DNA of 64,000 bases, from the NCBI RefSeq assembly GCF_009914755.1, contig NC_060935.1; one strand, given 5' to 3'. The position numbers and the translations under genes are program-made. Source of the stretch: the human T2T-CHM13v2.0 reference genome, Homo sapiens. Shown piece after piece: positions 1-15,904 of the stretch. The notes beneath the pieces were generated by a model that had not been told where the DNA came from, did not search any database, and saw nothing but the letters and a program-made list of their open reading frames with translations. Numbering within the stretch: position 1 is the stretch's first letter; each line of letters begins with the position of its first letter.

Positions 1-278
<278 letters not shown>

Positions 279-3263
279 AATAGGACAATTTTTTAAAACA
301 CTGAAATGAAATGAACATTTATCTCAAAGTAATAAAGGCATTGATTTCTTCCACATATTTAATGACAATGAGAACAAAAAGCCATTCAAAAAAGAAGCTG
401 CATTGTACTAGAAAATTCTGTTAAAGCATATTTTTATCTTTAAAACAGCAACTTTCTGCTGTAAAACATGGCAAATGACGTACCTATCATTAACTTTTAT
501 TTCTTATGTTAACACAGTAGGAAATCATATCAGATCAATTCAAGAAGACTTGTTAAAACAGACCCTTATAACACACTATGGTCTTGCATCATATCAGAGA
601 ATACTAATACAACTTATCCTGAATTGGTCCTAAATTTTCACAAATTAAAATATGTCCAAGATTGTCCCAAGGGCTCACCTGGGAGCAAATAAAGTTACTA
701 CTATAGATAAGAAAATCTTGAATGAAAAGCAACTGCTGAGGAAAAAAAACCTTCTATGAGGAAACAGAAGAGTCTTCTGTTGATAAAACTGAGATCTGTA
801 AAAATGCGAAGAGACTAGAGTGAGAGAAGTAGAAAGTAATGTCATAAAGCAAACGAGCAGTTAATATGGGGTTTGAGGCACAGTAGTTTCAGCTTATCCA
901 AGGGCAGTCCAGAATGGCACCTAGAAATGGGCTTAGTGAGATGTCACACCCATTCCCAATTCCCACCATGGTTGCATGGTATCAGTAAAAGAATCTCCTC
1001 TCTCTTTGACAAAAATATACTAACTAAATACCAAATGAAAATCCATCTTATGAAAATTTCATACTTTAATGAGAATATGTTCAACAATGAATAAACACTT
1101 GGCTCAGTGAGGATAGTTATTGTTTAGAATCACATTAAGTCTAGCTTTTTCGTCATGTCTACCACATGAAACAATGAAGAGAGAAAAAGACTCAAGGTGA
1201 CAGAGGACAGTGATCCCTGCAGAATAAATCTAGGTTAAACTTAAAAATACTGTTCTTATATTATATAAACAGTAGAGATAGTAAGCATAGCCAATGAAAA
1301 ATACAATATACACATAACTTGTTTGGCTAGTTGTCTATAATATTCAAGAATATGTATCATAATACTAGCAGTTTTAAGAGATTAAAAGCAAGATACATTG
1401 TTTCTCTAGATCAGTTTATAAGGAAAATATACAACATATACTCTGGTATCATAGAAATATAAACTGGTTTTTCTAATAAGAACTTGTTGATTCCTTTAAA
1501 AATTCAATCCATTAGTCAATTCATTATTGAAGAAGGAAAGAAGAAAGGGAAGGAGGGAGGCAAAGGAAGAGAGGAAGAAGGAAAGAAAGGAAATTCTTCT
1601 AAAGTATTATAATTTCACCAATGTATCAGCAATTTCTGTAACAGTTCTTTAAAGGGAAGAACTTTTAAGAAACTCGGTTTATGGGGTTTAGAAACATTAA
1701 GTTCTAAACTTTCTAACTAAACCTGCTTAGTTAAGTTATACCTAGAATATCAATTGACCTTCCTCCTCTTCCTTCCCACATACCTTTTTATCTCTTTCTC
1801 TGTCTCTCCTCCTTCCCATTCTCTCTTCCTTTCACTCTTTTCCTCTCTGTCTCTCTCTCTCTCACACACACACGTAATGTGTTTAATTCCATTATTAGTT
1901 CAAAATAAGGTAATCCAAAAGAAACTCTCTAGAGAAATGGTAGAAAGAATAAAAACACACATCAACTTAAATATGTCAAAGAGCCATATCATTTATTGGC
2001 TACATTCCCAAAACCATTCTTGTTCTAGATAAACCAATTGTGTCTGGTCTGGACAAGTGTGGCTCCAAAATCTCAGGCAGTTTACTTCTGTCAGTGGTAT
2101 TATTAGAAACAGCAGGGGGAGGAAACAATCCCAATCTTAAATCCCAGTGTGCAAATATCACAGTTCTAGGTGTTCCAAAAGTTTTATATATCATTGTCCA
2201 TCTCTACAAATATCAGCTTGGATAAGGCATCTCAGTGATTATAAGTTTCCTCAACATCCCTAACAAATCCACAGGTAGAAGAATTAAACACCATGCAGAG
2301 ATAAGTTCCACTTTAACCTGCAATTCACCCAGAGCTTTAGTTTCAGATTGTAGCAACTCACATAACTGGACAACATTTGGATCTATATTAGTCCAGTATA
2401 GCAGAGTTCAAGGCTGTTCATATAAGTTTTGATTCAAAACTCTTGAGAAACTCTTTACAGTTGATCTCACCTTCCATATAATGTCAAAACAAAACAAAAC
2501 AAAAACAGTCCCAAACTAGGATCCTTTGGAACAAAGTTAACCTGGGGTGCATCTAAGCTAAACTGAATCCCCAAGTTCAGAATATAATCAACTATGCTTC
2601 AGGAATTCACTAGATCTTGATCAATTCCAATAATAAAAGTTGTTGAGGAGGGAGGAAAAAAACAGGTGTTTGCCCCATTTGGGGAACTTGACAATCATGT
2701 TATTGGATAATGCATATATCTGGAAAAGCACAATAGTCACGAAAGTTGTGCTTTATCACAAAAGTGAAGATTTACACTAGAATAAATCCAAATAATAAGT
2801 CTATTTTTTAACCAAAAGATAAATTATAAAGCTGTAATTTTGTTCAGTGCAAATGAAATTACTTTGCTACCTTTCACAATTCTGTAATTAGTTTGATAAA
2901 TATTAAACCCATGAGGAAGAGCTCCACTGCACAAGTTTCTTTTTTAAAGACTGCTTAAAAGTAACCTTCAACAAGCTAAGAAAACAAGCTAAAGGAGACT
3001 CCAAATCTGCGGTACTGAATCTATTCTTATTACCAACGGTGATATAAACAACCTGATTTATGAAATCATAAATATCTATCAATAAATACTATAGTCTTGC
3101 TTCCTTTTACTTTAGTAAAATAATATTACTGAATTATGTACCACTGAAACTATATTACAATAAATATTTCCCCCAAACTGAAGCAAAACTTTACTCTCAA
3201 ATGGAATATAATTTAAATTACAAGTACCAGAACCAACAAAAGGGAGAAATATTATATAGCAAC

Positions 3264-3430
3264 CTTATGGCCCACCTGTCTTCTTGACTGGCATTCTTGG
3301 GTCTTTCCACTGCCACAGGAGTCAATATCTCTTTTCAGGTCTCAGTTTGATCCAGCTGGATTGAGGCCAAGAGCCAGGTAACTGTTGCAAACCACTTCAG
3401 TGTTCAGTTTTGAAATCCAGGCTGAGTCTT
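3264..3430 (-). other. DLG2: Probable non-coding 5'UTR exon 2 of the long DLG2 (PSD-93) transcript
   Basis: Minus-strand acceptor TTTTCTTTGTCTGACATAG| at 3431/3430. Donor AAG|GTTGCT at 3264; an alternative CAG|GTGGGC at 3276. The DLG2 assignment rests on recalled synteny (DLG2 is head-to-head with TMEM126B); no DLG2 coding sequence is in the window. Confidence 0.6.
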
Positions 3431-3894
3431 CTATGTCAGACAAAGAAAATAATGATGTATTTTTTCCACAACTAAACTTTTTACACCGCCCACAGAGTTT
3501 ACAGCAACGTAATTTTTTAGTTTTTCAAGTTTTTCAATTTTCAGAAAATATTTAGACTGTTTTTACAAACTGGGAAAATTATTGTAAACATGAAGAACGT
3601 TACTGAAATTCCTCTTCAGGCAGCAACATTTTTGGAAGTTCAATGACTAACTCAATTAAGGCACAAACCAAATTTAGACAGGTCTCATTACTTTATACAT
3701 GGTCAAATTCAAAGATGATGATAAAGATACTCAAATCTGTAGAGAAAAATGTAACCCCACCTCCCCAAAAATACTTTTAAAAATCTCTTTGACTCCAGTC
3801 TCTAAAAAGATAGGTGAGTTTGAACAGTTTTCTGTGGCAGAACACACATTGAAAGGCCCCCTTATATTTACTGATCAGAAGTTCCGGATCTCAC

Positions 3895-4020
3895 CCCCTC
3901 AGTAACTCAGAATCCAGCTTGCTGTCCCTTTCATTTTTTTCTTCTGTGCTCTCCAAGCCCCCAGGCTTGATCCTTAATGCCCCTCTGATTCTGATCCTCC
4001 CATGTATTAACCGAGAGGAT
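3895..4020 (-). other. DLG2: Probable non-coding first exon of DLG2 (5' boundary approximate)
   Basis: Minus-strand donor GGG|GTGAGA at 3895/3894, unique sequence next to the CpG-rich promoter. The TSS cannot be determined from sequence. Confidence 0.45.
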
Positions 4021-4549
4021 TGAAAAAAAAGGAAAGCAATCCCTTGGCATGGAGACATTAAAGTGACAGTGCTACTCAATGGGCACTTGATGCAGGATGA
4101 GTTGGCGAAGCAGATTTCTTCACACTGGAGTCATTCACATCATGCCATCTCTTCGCATTCAAGCAGCTCCCTATCCGGCGAGGAAAAACACTGAGACTTC
4201 GAGAGAAGCCAAACCTTCCCCCAAAGGTGTTTTCAGAGACGCCGTAGTAGTATTAGACATGTAAGCATAAGCTATGTAAACGGTCCGCGATTTCCTAAAT
4301 GAGAAAGTGCAGCTGCTTGGCTTTCACATCCACCTTTTCTCTCAATCTCTCTTCAAACTACCCACCTTCCTTTTGCAGAAAAGACAAGACATTTCTTTGC
4401 CACCGCTGGCCACCCCTGCCCAAGCCCCGTTCTTTTAGGGAAGAGCACTGAAATGTCCTGCACCCTCCACGCGATGAAGTGTTTCCTCAGGCAGGAGCAA
4501 CAGCAGCACTAGAAATTATATAACTCTCGAATTTGGCTTCTGTAAGACA

Positions 4550-5400
<851 letters not shown>

Positions 5401-6769
5401 TCTGCACCTTCAAAGTGTTGGCAGACTCTTCTAAGATGATACCTTTAAAGGAGATTTGAAAAGTTAAAACAGCTCCCAAGTCCATGCAAGGAGCAGTCGA
5501 TTAAGTCTCCAGTTGCTGTGGAAAGAGGCGGAGAGAACGTAGATGACCTAAATTCTAGTCCTCATTATCTGCAGTTTGTTTTCTCTTGTCTCCAGGCCTT
5601 TGCACAGGCTTTTTCTTCAACTTGGAGTATTTCCCTGCTTCTATCCGTCCCAACTCCCCTGCCAAACTGTTCTCTTTCGGTTATTGATTTAAATGTCACT
5701 TCTTCCGGGAAGCCTTCCCACGCTTCCTCTGGCTAGATTGTTTGCTTTTTCTTAGGTTGTTGGGTTTTTCGTTTATGTCACTCTCTCATTCTGTGTTTAA
5801 ATTGCCAGCTTTTTTGTTCTGAACTCCCACTGCGTTGTGGATTCCTGAGGATGGGATGACTGTATCTTGATTACCCGGAGGTCTGGCATATACCACGTGC
5901 TCCCTAAATTATGAGCGAATGTTGAATAAAATTCTAAAGGTGAAATTTATTATTAGGTGAAAAATTTATTATTAGGTAAAATAATACACATGAAAGCACT
6001 ACAAAACCGTTAGATGATTTGCAAACTATAAACCTACATAAATGCACTCTTACTGGTATAAGCGTGGTGACTAGTTGAGTGGCCTTAAGGGGGAAGGGGT
6101 GTAATGAAAGCACTGGAGTCTTTGACAGTGCCTTGCAAAGCTTAAGCACTCAAATATTTCCTGTGTTCTTTCCAGTATTTCAGTATTTGCTGTCCTGTAA
6201 TCATAATCCTGGGTGTCTGTTTTCCCTATAGAGACTTTAGGGTGTAGACTAGGTAGGAGATTAGTAGAAGATATTGCCTGGAAGTTTGTTTTGTTTTTTG
6301 TTTTTGGTGGAAGGTGGAGGATTTCAATGAATTGGATGAGAGCAAAACAAAAATTTATCTATGGTTTATGGTTACTCATGTTATTGACGTCTGCCAAGAC
6401 AGCAGATGTCTTAGTACAATAGATGGGTTAGGTATAGAATCTCCCTTAGATGTTACTATCCCTTATACTTTCCATTTGGGTGTCAGGGAGAGGGAAAAGA
6501 TGTAAGTCTAGTCACTGAAAAATTGTAATTTGTAAAATATTTTACCTTTTTTTCCCCCTGCCCTCTCCAGAAATGTTACAGAAAAAGATTGAGTACATTT
6601 CTGCCATGATGCAGAGAAAGAAACTGGTCCATTATTACTCATTGTGTAACACCATAAGAAGGTTCAAAGGAGCTCATACCTTCTGTATGTTGATGCCAGG
6701 AACTGTGTATAATGAACTGGCCTTCTATAGTTAGGATTGGTACATACCGCTCATTCAGCAAATGAGTAT

Positions 6770-6955
6770 TACAGTGATATTCAACATGTGTCCATTGACT
6801 ACAGCATCAGAAGCACTAAGTGCTATTAAAATGCAGATTCTAGGCCTCATCCTACTCCTGCTGAATCCAGGTATCTCAGGAGGGAATTCATGAGACTGCA
6901 TTTCAAATAAATACCCCATGTGATTCTTGTGCATGCTGAAGGTTGAGAACCACTG
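6770..6955. mobile_element. MER5-like hAT-Charlie DNA transposon remnant
   Basis: AAAATGCAGATTC...GGTTGAGAACCACTG termini typical of MER5. Confidence 0.65.
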
Positions 6956-7458
6956 ATTTATTAAGTATCTTGTGTGTTCATTATGCTTTATCCCCTCTAA
7001 TCCTCTTGTCTAGGACTCCTTAAATTTGAGATTTAGTATTTCCCTTTAATATAAACATTAAAATTGAGATTAGTGTAAATTTGTAAAGAGACTATTTAGC
7101 TAATCTGGAGGAAAAAGAGTAAAAAGCACTGAATTTAGCAGCAATAGACCTTCCACTTGGCTGCTGTAGTAGGTAAACATTTGCAACCACGTGTTTGGAT
7201 TTAACAAATGTTATTAAGACTTTTCACAGAGACTCTAGAGTCTTGCCCAGAGCAAAACATTCAGAAACGATCCTCTCTGAGAGTGCAGGGTTTGTTTTTT
7301 TGTTGTTGTTGTTTTGTTTTGTTTTTTAACCTGTCTAGTTTCTGTTAAGATGCTACTGGCCAGGTCTTCATGGTCCCTTGACATTGGCAGCTGTCTGTTC
7401 ATCACACTTGGGACACAAGAACCTTCCGACCAAGGAGCCCAGTGCCATGGGTCTCTGG

Positions 7459-7613
7459 GGCCGGGCACGGTGGCTCACGCCTTTAATCCCAGCACTTTGG
7501 GAGGCTGAGGCAGGTGGATCACCTGAGGTCAGGAGTTCGAGACCAGCCTGGCTATCATAGTGCAATCCTGCCTCTACTAAAAATACAAAAATTAGCCGGG
7601 TGTGGTGGCAGGT
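7459..7613 (+). mobile_element. 3'-truncated Alu without poly(A), flanked by 11-bp direct repeats
   Basis: Left arm, linker and ~20 nt of right arm; ATGGGTCTCTG at 7447-7457 and 7614-7624. Confidence 0.9.
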
Positions 7614-7821
7614 ATGGGTCTCTGCTATACCACATGACCATTTCTAGCAAAGGCTCTGCTTCCACCACAGGTGGTAATAGGGAACTGGATATATAATTTA
7701 TGTACTCCAAAGTAGTAGCCACAATCCACTGCCTGTTCCCTTCCTGGAGCAGTGTCCCTCTTTCTGATTTTTCTCTCTCACTATTCTCCAAGGCAATCCC
7801 TGCTCTCTCCTACCTCTCTAG

Positions 7822-7993
7822 GAAATGAAACACGATTTCCAAAATGAACTTAATCTTTCATGAGAAACTGAGGATAGAGATGTCAATAAGCAGCCACTGT
7901 TTCCACCTCCCCACCTGAAGAGCTAGGAGGACAACTACAAAGAGCCTGACTGCCTTCTCGGAATGAGGAGAGAGGAAAACAGCAACAGTATCA
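7822..7993 (+). other. TMEM126B: Candidate alternative cassette exon in TMEM126B intron 1
   Basis: Polypyrimidine tract + CTCTCTAG| acceptor at 7821/7822; donor TCA|GTATGT at 7993/7994; 172 nt; in-frame TGA at 7861. Confidence 0.5.
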
Positions 7994-8333
7994 GTATGTT
8001 AGCCTTCTACACTAAATCTCAAGCAAGCCAACCTTTCAGACCTTCAGTTTGCTCATATGTATAGAAATAATCATTATACTACCAATTTCTCAAGTTAGTG
8101 TGTAAATCAGAAAGCCAATGTCTGTATTGTAGGATGTTTAGCAAGAAAATAAAAAATAATAACAAAAAGCCAATGTCTAACAGATAATAAGAGCTCAGTA
8201 AATGTTGATTGAATTACTAACAAAGTATGTGAAAGCAGACGACACAGTACCTGGCACACTACTAAACTGTAAATGTTTTCAAATCTGAATCTGTAGAATT
8301 CTGTAAGGTTTTATGTAATATGAATATCATTAG

Positions 8334-8486
<153 letters not shown>

Positions 8487-8927
8487 TAAGAGAAATGCCC
8501 AGGCTGAAAATCAGTCATTTTATTTGCAAGTCTTTTGTATTGCCATTGTTTCTAAGATCCTATTCTTTCTTACCTTTTCTGTTATCTAAGATCCTATTCT
8601 TTGAGTTGGCTATGAAGAACACATCTTTAAAAAAAAGAATGGGGGAAACAAGAACAGATGAAAATGGTGGTTTGTTGGAATATTTCGGATTGTGGATAAT
8701 TTCTTTTGTTTCTTAAAAAGTATCCAAAAGTATTGCTAAAACTTTTGTGCAGTAAATGTATTTTAATTAAAAGTAATTAGGAGAAAACCATTGAGGGGGG
8801 TACTTATATTTAATTGGTGAGTAATTATAATCAGTTTAGGATTGATTATCTCAGCCACAGTACTTAGTACAGCAAAAGGGAATACAGATTTCATGGTATA
8901 AATATAGTCTCACATTAACATATTGAC

Positions 8928-9137
<210 letters not shown>

Positions 9138-9281
9138 TTTTGACTTTTAAATGAACAAAGTTCAAGAAAAAAATCAAAGGACAGTTGATGTTATTTCCTG
9201 GATTTACATATGGGTCTTAATAAGAAAACTAAATCAGATTTTTTTGGATGAAGTTTTATAAATCTTGGACAAATTATTTTA

Positions 9282-9467
9282 TTTTATTTTATTTTATTTC
9301 ATTTTCTGTTTTATGGCTTTATTGAAGTATAATTTATATATCTTGACATTCATCCATTTAAAGTGTACAGTTATATGAGTTTTAGCAAATTTATACAGTT
9401 ATGTAACCATCACCACAATTAAAATTTGGAATACTTCCAACATCCCCAAAAAGTTCCCTCATTCCCT
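9282..9467 (-). mobile_element. Old L1M (L1MB-like) 3'-end fragment plus A-rich tail; probably transduced by the adjacent L1PA
   Basis: GCTTTATTGAAGTATAATT...AAAGTGTACAGT...TGTAACCATCACCACAAT resembles a reverse L1M 3'UTR; it lies inside the L1PA TSDs. Confidence 0.75.
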
Positions 9468-10298
9468 TTTATTTTTTTTTATTTTATTATTATTATACTT
9501 TAAGTTTTAGGGTACATGTGCACAATGTGCAGGTTAGTTACATATGTATACATGTGCCATGCTGGTGTGCTGCACCCATTAACTCATCATTTAGCATTAG
9601 GTAGATCTCCTAAAGCTATCCCTCCCCTCTCCTCCCACCCCACAACAGTCCCCAGAGTGTGATGTTCCCCTTCCTGTGTCCATGTGTTCTCATTGTTCAT
9701 TTCCCACCTATGAGTGAGAATATGCGGTGTTTGGTTTTTTGTTCTTGCAATAGTTTACTGAGAATGATGATTTCCAACTTCATCCATGTCCCTACAAAGG
9801 ACATGAACTCATCATTTTTTATGGCTGCATAGTATTCCATGGTGTATATGTGCCACATTTTCTTAATCCAGTCTATCATTGCTGGACATTTGGGTTGGTT
9901 CCAAGTCTTTGCTATTGTGAATAGTGCCACAATAAACATACGTGTGCATGTGTCTTTATAGCAGCATGATTTATAGTCCTTTGGGTATATACCCAGTAAT
10001 GGGATGGCTGGGTCAAATGGTATTTCTAGTTCTAGATCCCTGAGGAATCGTGACACTGACTTCCACAATGGTTGAACTAGTTTACAGTCCCACCAACAGT
10101 GTAAAAGTGTTCCTATTTCTCCACATCCTCTCCAGCACCTGTTGTTTCCTGACTTTTTAATGATTGCCATTCTAATTCATGTGAGATGGTATCTCATTGT
10201 GGTTTTGATTTGCATTTCTCTGATGGCCAGTGATGGTGAGCATTTTTTCATGTGTTTTTTGGCTGCATAAATGTCTTCTTTTGAGAAGTGTCTGTTCA
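9468..10298 (-). mobile_element. 5'-truncated primate L1 (L1PA2/3-like): ORF2 C-terminus, 3'UTR, poly(A)
   Basis: ORF 9697-10170 is the L1 ORF2p C-terminal Cys-rich region ([26 protein letters not shown]); canonical L1PA 3'UTR. Confidence 0.97.
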
Positions 10299-10736
10299 GG
10301 ACAAATTATTTTAAATGTATCTGGGACTAATGAAGAAATAGAAGGCCTAACCAAATGTAAACAGCTTTTTTTTAGATGAACTTAAGCAAAGTAAATCTTT
10401 TAGTTGCAGGAAAGGTATTCTTGGATTTGGGTAGCTCATAAAATTTGGCTGCATTGGAACATATTTATATTTATTTGTGGCCAAAATTATTTAAAAGAGC
10501 TCTATTTTAGAATTACTGTAAATATTCTTAGAAAGAGAATCATGTCCTCTCATTAGAATACAAGTTCTATGAGGGGTGGGAAATTTCTTTTTTTCTTTTG
10601 CTTTGTTTACTGTCCTATCTTAAGCACTTAGAAAATACTTTTCACATATAGTAAGTGCTCAAGAAATATTTGATATTGATATGCAATAACAACTTTTCAG
10701 GAGAGGCTGTATCCATTAAGTTCAATGGTATAGTGA

Positions 10737-10979
<243 letters not shown>

Positions 10980-11804
10980 TAACGTAGTTATGTCTAAGTA
11001 AAGTTACTTATTAACATATACTGTTGCTACTGCTAATAATAATTCTTTACATTTATATATTGCTATACAGTTTACAAAGTCCATATACCTTGTCATATTT
11101 AATCCCTGCAACAATCCTCCTAATCAGGTAAACTGTATTTTTTTATTTCTGTAGATAAGCAACCCAAACTGAGGCATGTTCAAGTACGCTAATAAGCAAC
11201 ATACTGGGAAAAGAATTGGCTGTGGCATACAACGCACATCATTTCAGTATGCTACCTCCTGCCACTTAAGTTTTGTGACATTCAGTAAGGCATTTCATCT
11301 CTGAGCCTCCGTTGTCTTATCTATAAGTTAGGACTAATAGTACTTACCTCACAGGATTGTTGTGAGAATTAAAAGATACTGTAGGTTAAATGACTACCAC
11401 AATATCTGTCATATTATGGGCTTTTAATGTTATTTCCTGCCCCTCACCTTACCTTGAGTTTCACAACTAGTAATTGATAGAGCATCTATCCCTTGTTCAT
11501 TCTTCAGGTTCCTGCTTAAGTATCTTTTCCCCAGGGAGACCTCTGATTGCCTCATTGTACACTAGGTGTCTGGATACATTCTCTATATAGTTTATCTTCA
11601 AAGTATTGTGTACACTGATAATTATCTATTTAAATATTTATCTCGTGTCTTTCATCTCTGTAAACTGGCCAGAAGGTCAGAGATCAGGTCTCTTTTATGT
11701 ACCACCGTATTCCTAGCTCCTAGCACGTTCCTGATATATAGTAGATAATAAAAATGTATTAACCTAGAATCCAGGTCTGGTTTGCTAGTTTAGTATTGTC
11801 ATTA

Positions 11805-12238
<434 letters not shown>

Positions 12239-12306
12239 TTAGTTGTGGTTGAGGATAGTGCAGATAACTACTCTGTGAGGTACAACACTGTCTTAATAGC
12301 TCTTGA

Positions 12307-12456
<150 letters not shown>

Positions 12457-12473
12457 TAAGTTCTTCCTTTTCC

Positions 12474-12515
<42 letters not shown>

Positions 12516-12705
12516 TAGGTTAATAAACTCTCTTTCTTCTTTAGCTGTCTATGATATATTTGAATCAAAATGTGGTAGTTTGGTATTTCAGATAGCTAAC
12601 TTTTAACTTTTTTGCTCTCTACATTATAGATCTAGAAAGGCAATTATCAATTTAGGAGAAGTCAACAAACTTCTAATAGCATTCATATCCAGGAGAGGTG
12701 ATTAA

Positions 12706-12906
<201 letters not shown>

Positions 12907-13065
12907 CCAAAAAAATGAATGGTTGCTAACTTAGCAAAATGAAGTTTCTATAAAGAGGACTCAGGCATTGCTGAAAGAGTTAAAAGTAACTGTGAACAAA
13001 TAATTTGTTCTGTGCCTTTTGCCTGGTATATAGCAAATACTCAAAAAGTATTCAATAATTCAATC

Positions 13066-13183
13066 AATAAATATAAGTTTCATCTTACACGTAAGATACA
13101 GGTCTTATCTCCTGATGGTGTGTCCATTTTGCCTGGTATATAACAGATAATAAATATCCAGTGTCAATAAATGTAACAATAAA
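13066..13183 (+). terminator. TMEM126B: TMEM126B polyadenylation signals
   Basis: AATAAA at 13066, 13149, 13166 and 13178, followed by a U/GU-rich tract. Confidence 0.75.
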
Positions 13184-13267
13184 AGTTTCATCTTTCCTCT
13201 TTGTATGTGGAAATGGGTTTGGGCTTTAAGGTCTCATCTGTGCAGTTATATATTCATTCATTCATCA

Positions 13268-13821
<554 letters not shown>

Positions 13822-14479
13822 TTAAGAAAGGAAGATATGGGAATAACATATAGCCCATTTCTCTGCATTGATACTATCTTCTCATTTACAAATTGTCTTC
13901 ACTATGTAGTTCAAAGAACTTGTTTTTAACCTTCAGTTCTGGTTTCCAAGAAAGAATATTTATTGAGTGCCTATCTATCTGCCATGCATTGAGATAGGTA
14001 CCAGGGGTACAAAGATTCGTTGCTTGTCGCTAAAGAAGCTTAAAATCTAAAGAGTTTACAGCATGTTTCTTTAGAGTCTGCCAAGGCATCCCAGAGCTAC
14101 ACATTTATCTTAGTTCAGAAAATGAACATGGATGAGAATTACAGAATGGAACTGCACATCTCATTCTCCGTATCCTAACCATATTCATTTTGAGATTAAA
14201 AACGTGGTAATCTTGGAAGTATAGCAAAGTTGACTTAAGTTCACCTCTCTTACCACCAGAAAGCTGAATAGATTTGTACCTTACTCCGTGACTTCAGATT
14301 GTCTTTGTAAAGCTGGCAAGGCAATCAATATTTCCTTTAGCTTTGGAAAGCACTGCTTTCCAAAGTGACTATAAGAGGCCTGAAAGGAGAAATTAGGGAA
14401 ACCTTGACCTTCTGGGCCTGAGCTCAAGGGTAAAGCCAGGTGAACCAGTGAAGAAAAGCAACATGTGCATAGGTGTGAA

Positions 14480-14698
14480 GTACAGCTTGGAGCTCCATTC
14501 AAGTTTCAAATCCTGGCCTCATTACTTACTAACAGGATAATCTTGAATAAGCTACCTCATCTCTCTGCACTTAAGTCTCCTTATCTATAAAATGAGGAAT
14601 TAAAAACTGTACTCAGTCTCAAAGTGTTATATTAAATGAGTTAATATATGTAAATCAAAACAGTACCCAACTCATAGGAAGTCTATATGTATTAGCTG
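14480..14698. mobile_element. MIR
   Basis: TTCAAATCCTGGCCTC...CTCCTTATCTATAAAATGAGG MIR core. Confidence 0.7.
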
Positions 14699-14699
14699 C

Positions 14700-15032
14700 T
14701 ATCTTAGTCCACTTGGGCTACTGTAACAAAATAGCATAGACTGGGTGACTTATAAACAAGAGAAATTTATTTCTTATAGTTCTGGAAGCTAGGATTTGGT
14801 GTCCGATGAGGGCCTGCTTTCTGATTCATAGGTAATGCCTTCTTGTGTCCTCACAGGATGGAAGGGGCAAAAGAGCTCTCTGGAGCCTCTTTTATAAGGG
14901 TAATAACCTCATTCACGGGGCCTCTGCCCTCATGACCTAATCACTTCCCAAAGGCCTCACCACCTAATACCATCACCTTGGGGTTAGTATTTCAAAATAC
15001 GAATTCAGGGGGCACAAACATTTAGACCACAG
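14700..15032 (-). mobile_element. MLT1A-like MaLR solo LTR
   Basis: TCTTAGTCCACTTGGGCTACTGTAACAAAATA...CATTTAGACCACAGC. Confidence 0.8.
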
Positions 15033-15904
15033 CCGTGGCAATTATTGTTGCTATTGCTGCATATCAAGTATTATGGTCCTTTTCCTAGTCTGTAGTTATC
15101 AGTCTAGCACTTCTGTAGAGAAGATTAGAAAAGTCCACCAAAGAGCATCCACAAGACATCTTTCATTTGAATAAATATGTATTCAGCCAATGTTGATTCA
15201 ACACTCAATACTACAGGTTGAGCAAGTTACGTAAACTTTCTGTGTTTTCTCTTAAAACATATTAATAACTGCTTTATAGTGTGGTTATAAAGAGTAAAGT
15301 ACATAGAACCATACCATACCACACCTGGCATGTAGAAGTTGCTCAGTAAATGTGTTTACATTGTCTGTTTTTCCTGATAGGTGTATAATAATAACTAAGA
15401 TATGGTCCCTCTTATAAGAACTTACCTTCACTCTTACCTCTTCATTTCCCCTGACTCCCTTCACCATGTGATTTTCCCCCTGCTTTTGTGTTGTTATTGC
15501 ATTGCACTGCATTGCTTTGGTTGTATTGTGTACTGATTTTCTCTCTGCTTTTGTACAATTGTTTTATCTTGCATTAACTATTCAGTTTTTGAATTTTCAA
15601 GTTTAAACAGTAATCTAATAATGAAGAAAGTGTTTTACACATGAGGTTGAATTTCATAGAATTTGTTCAACCACCTTCCTCAGCTTCATTAAAAAACAAA
15701 AAAAGAGTCTTCCAAAGATGCATAACCCATACTCCCCTAGCTTCATCATTCTAAAAAACAGGCAAACTAACATTAATAAACATGAATAATTGAATCTTGG
15801 TAGCCGTAAACCCCACCAGCTTCACTACAGGAACAAAGAAATCCACCCCAAAGTCTCCCCAAGATTAGACATTGCAGAAGAAAAGATTAGTGAACCCAAA
15901 GATG

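Noticed and set aside
9697-10170. 157-aa ORF
   Set aside because: C-terminal fragment of L1 ORF2p in a 5'-truncated element, not a host gene
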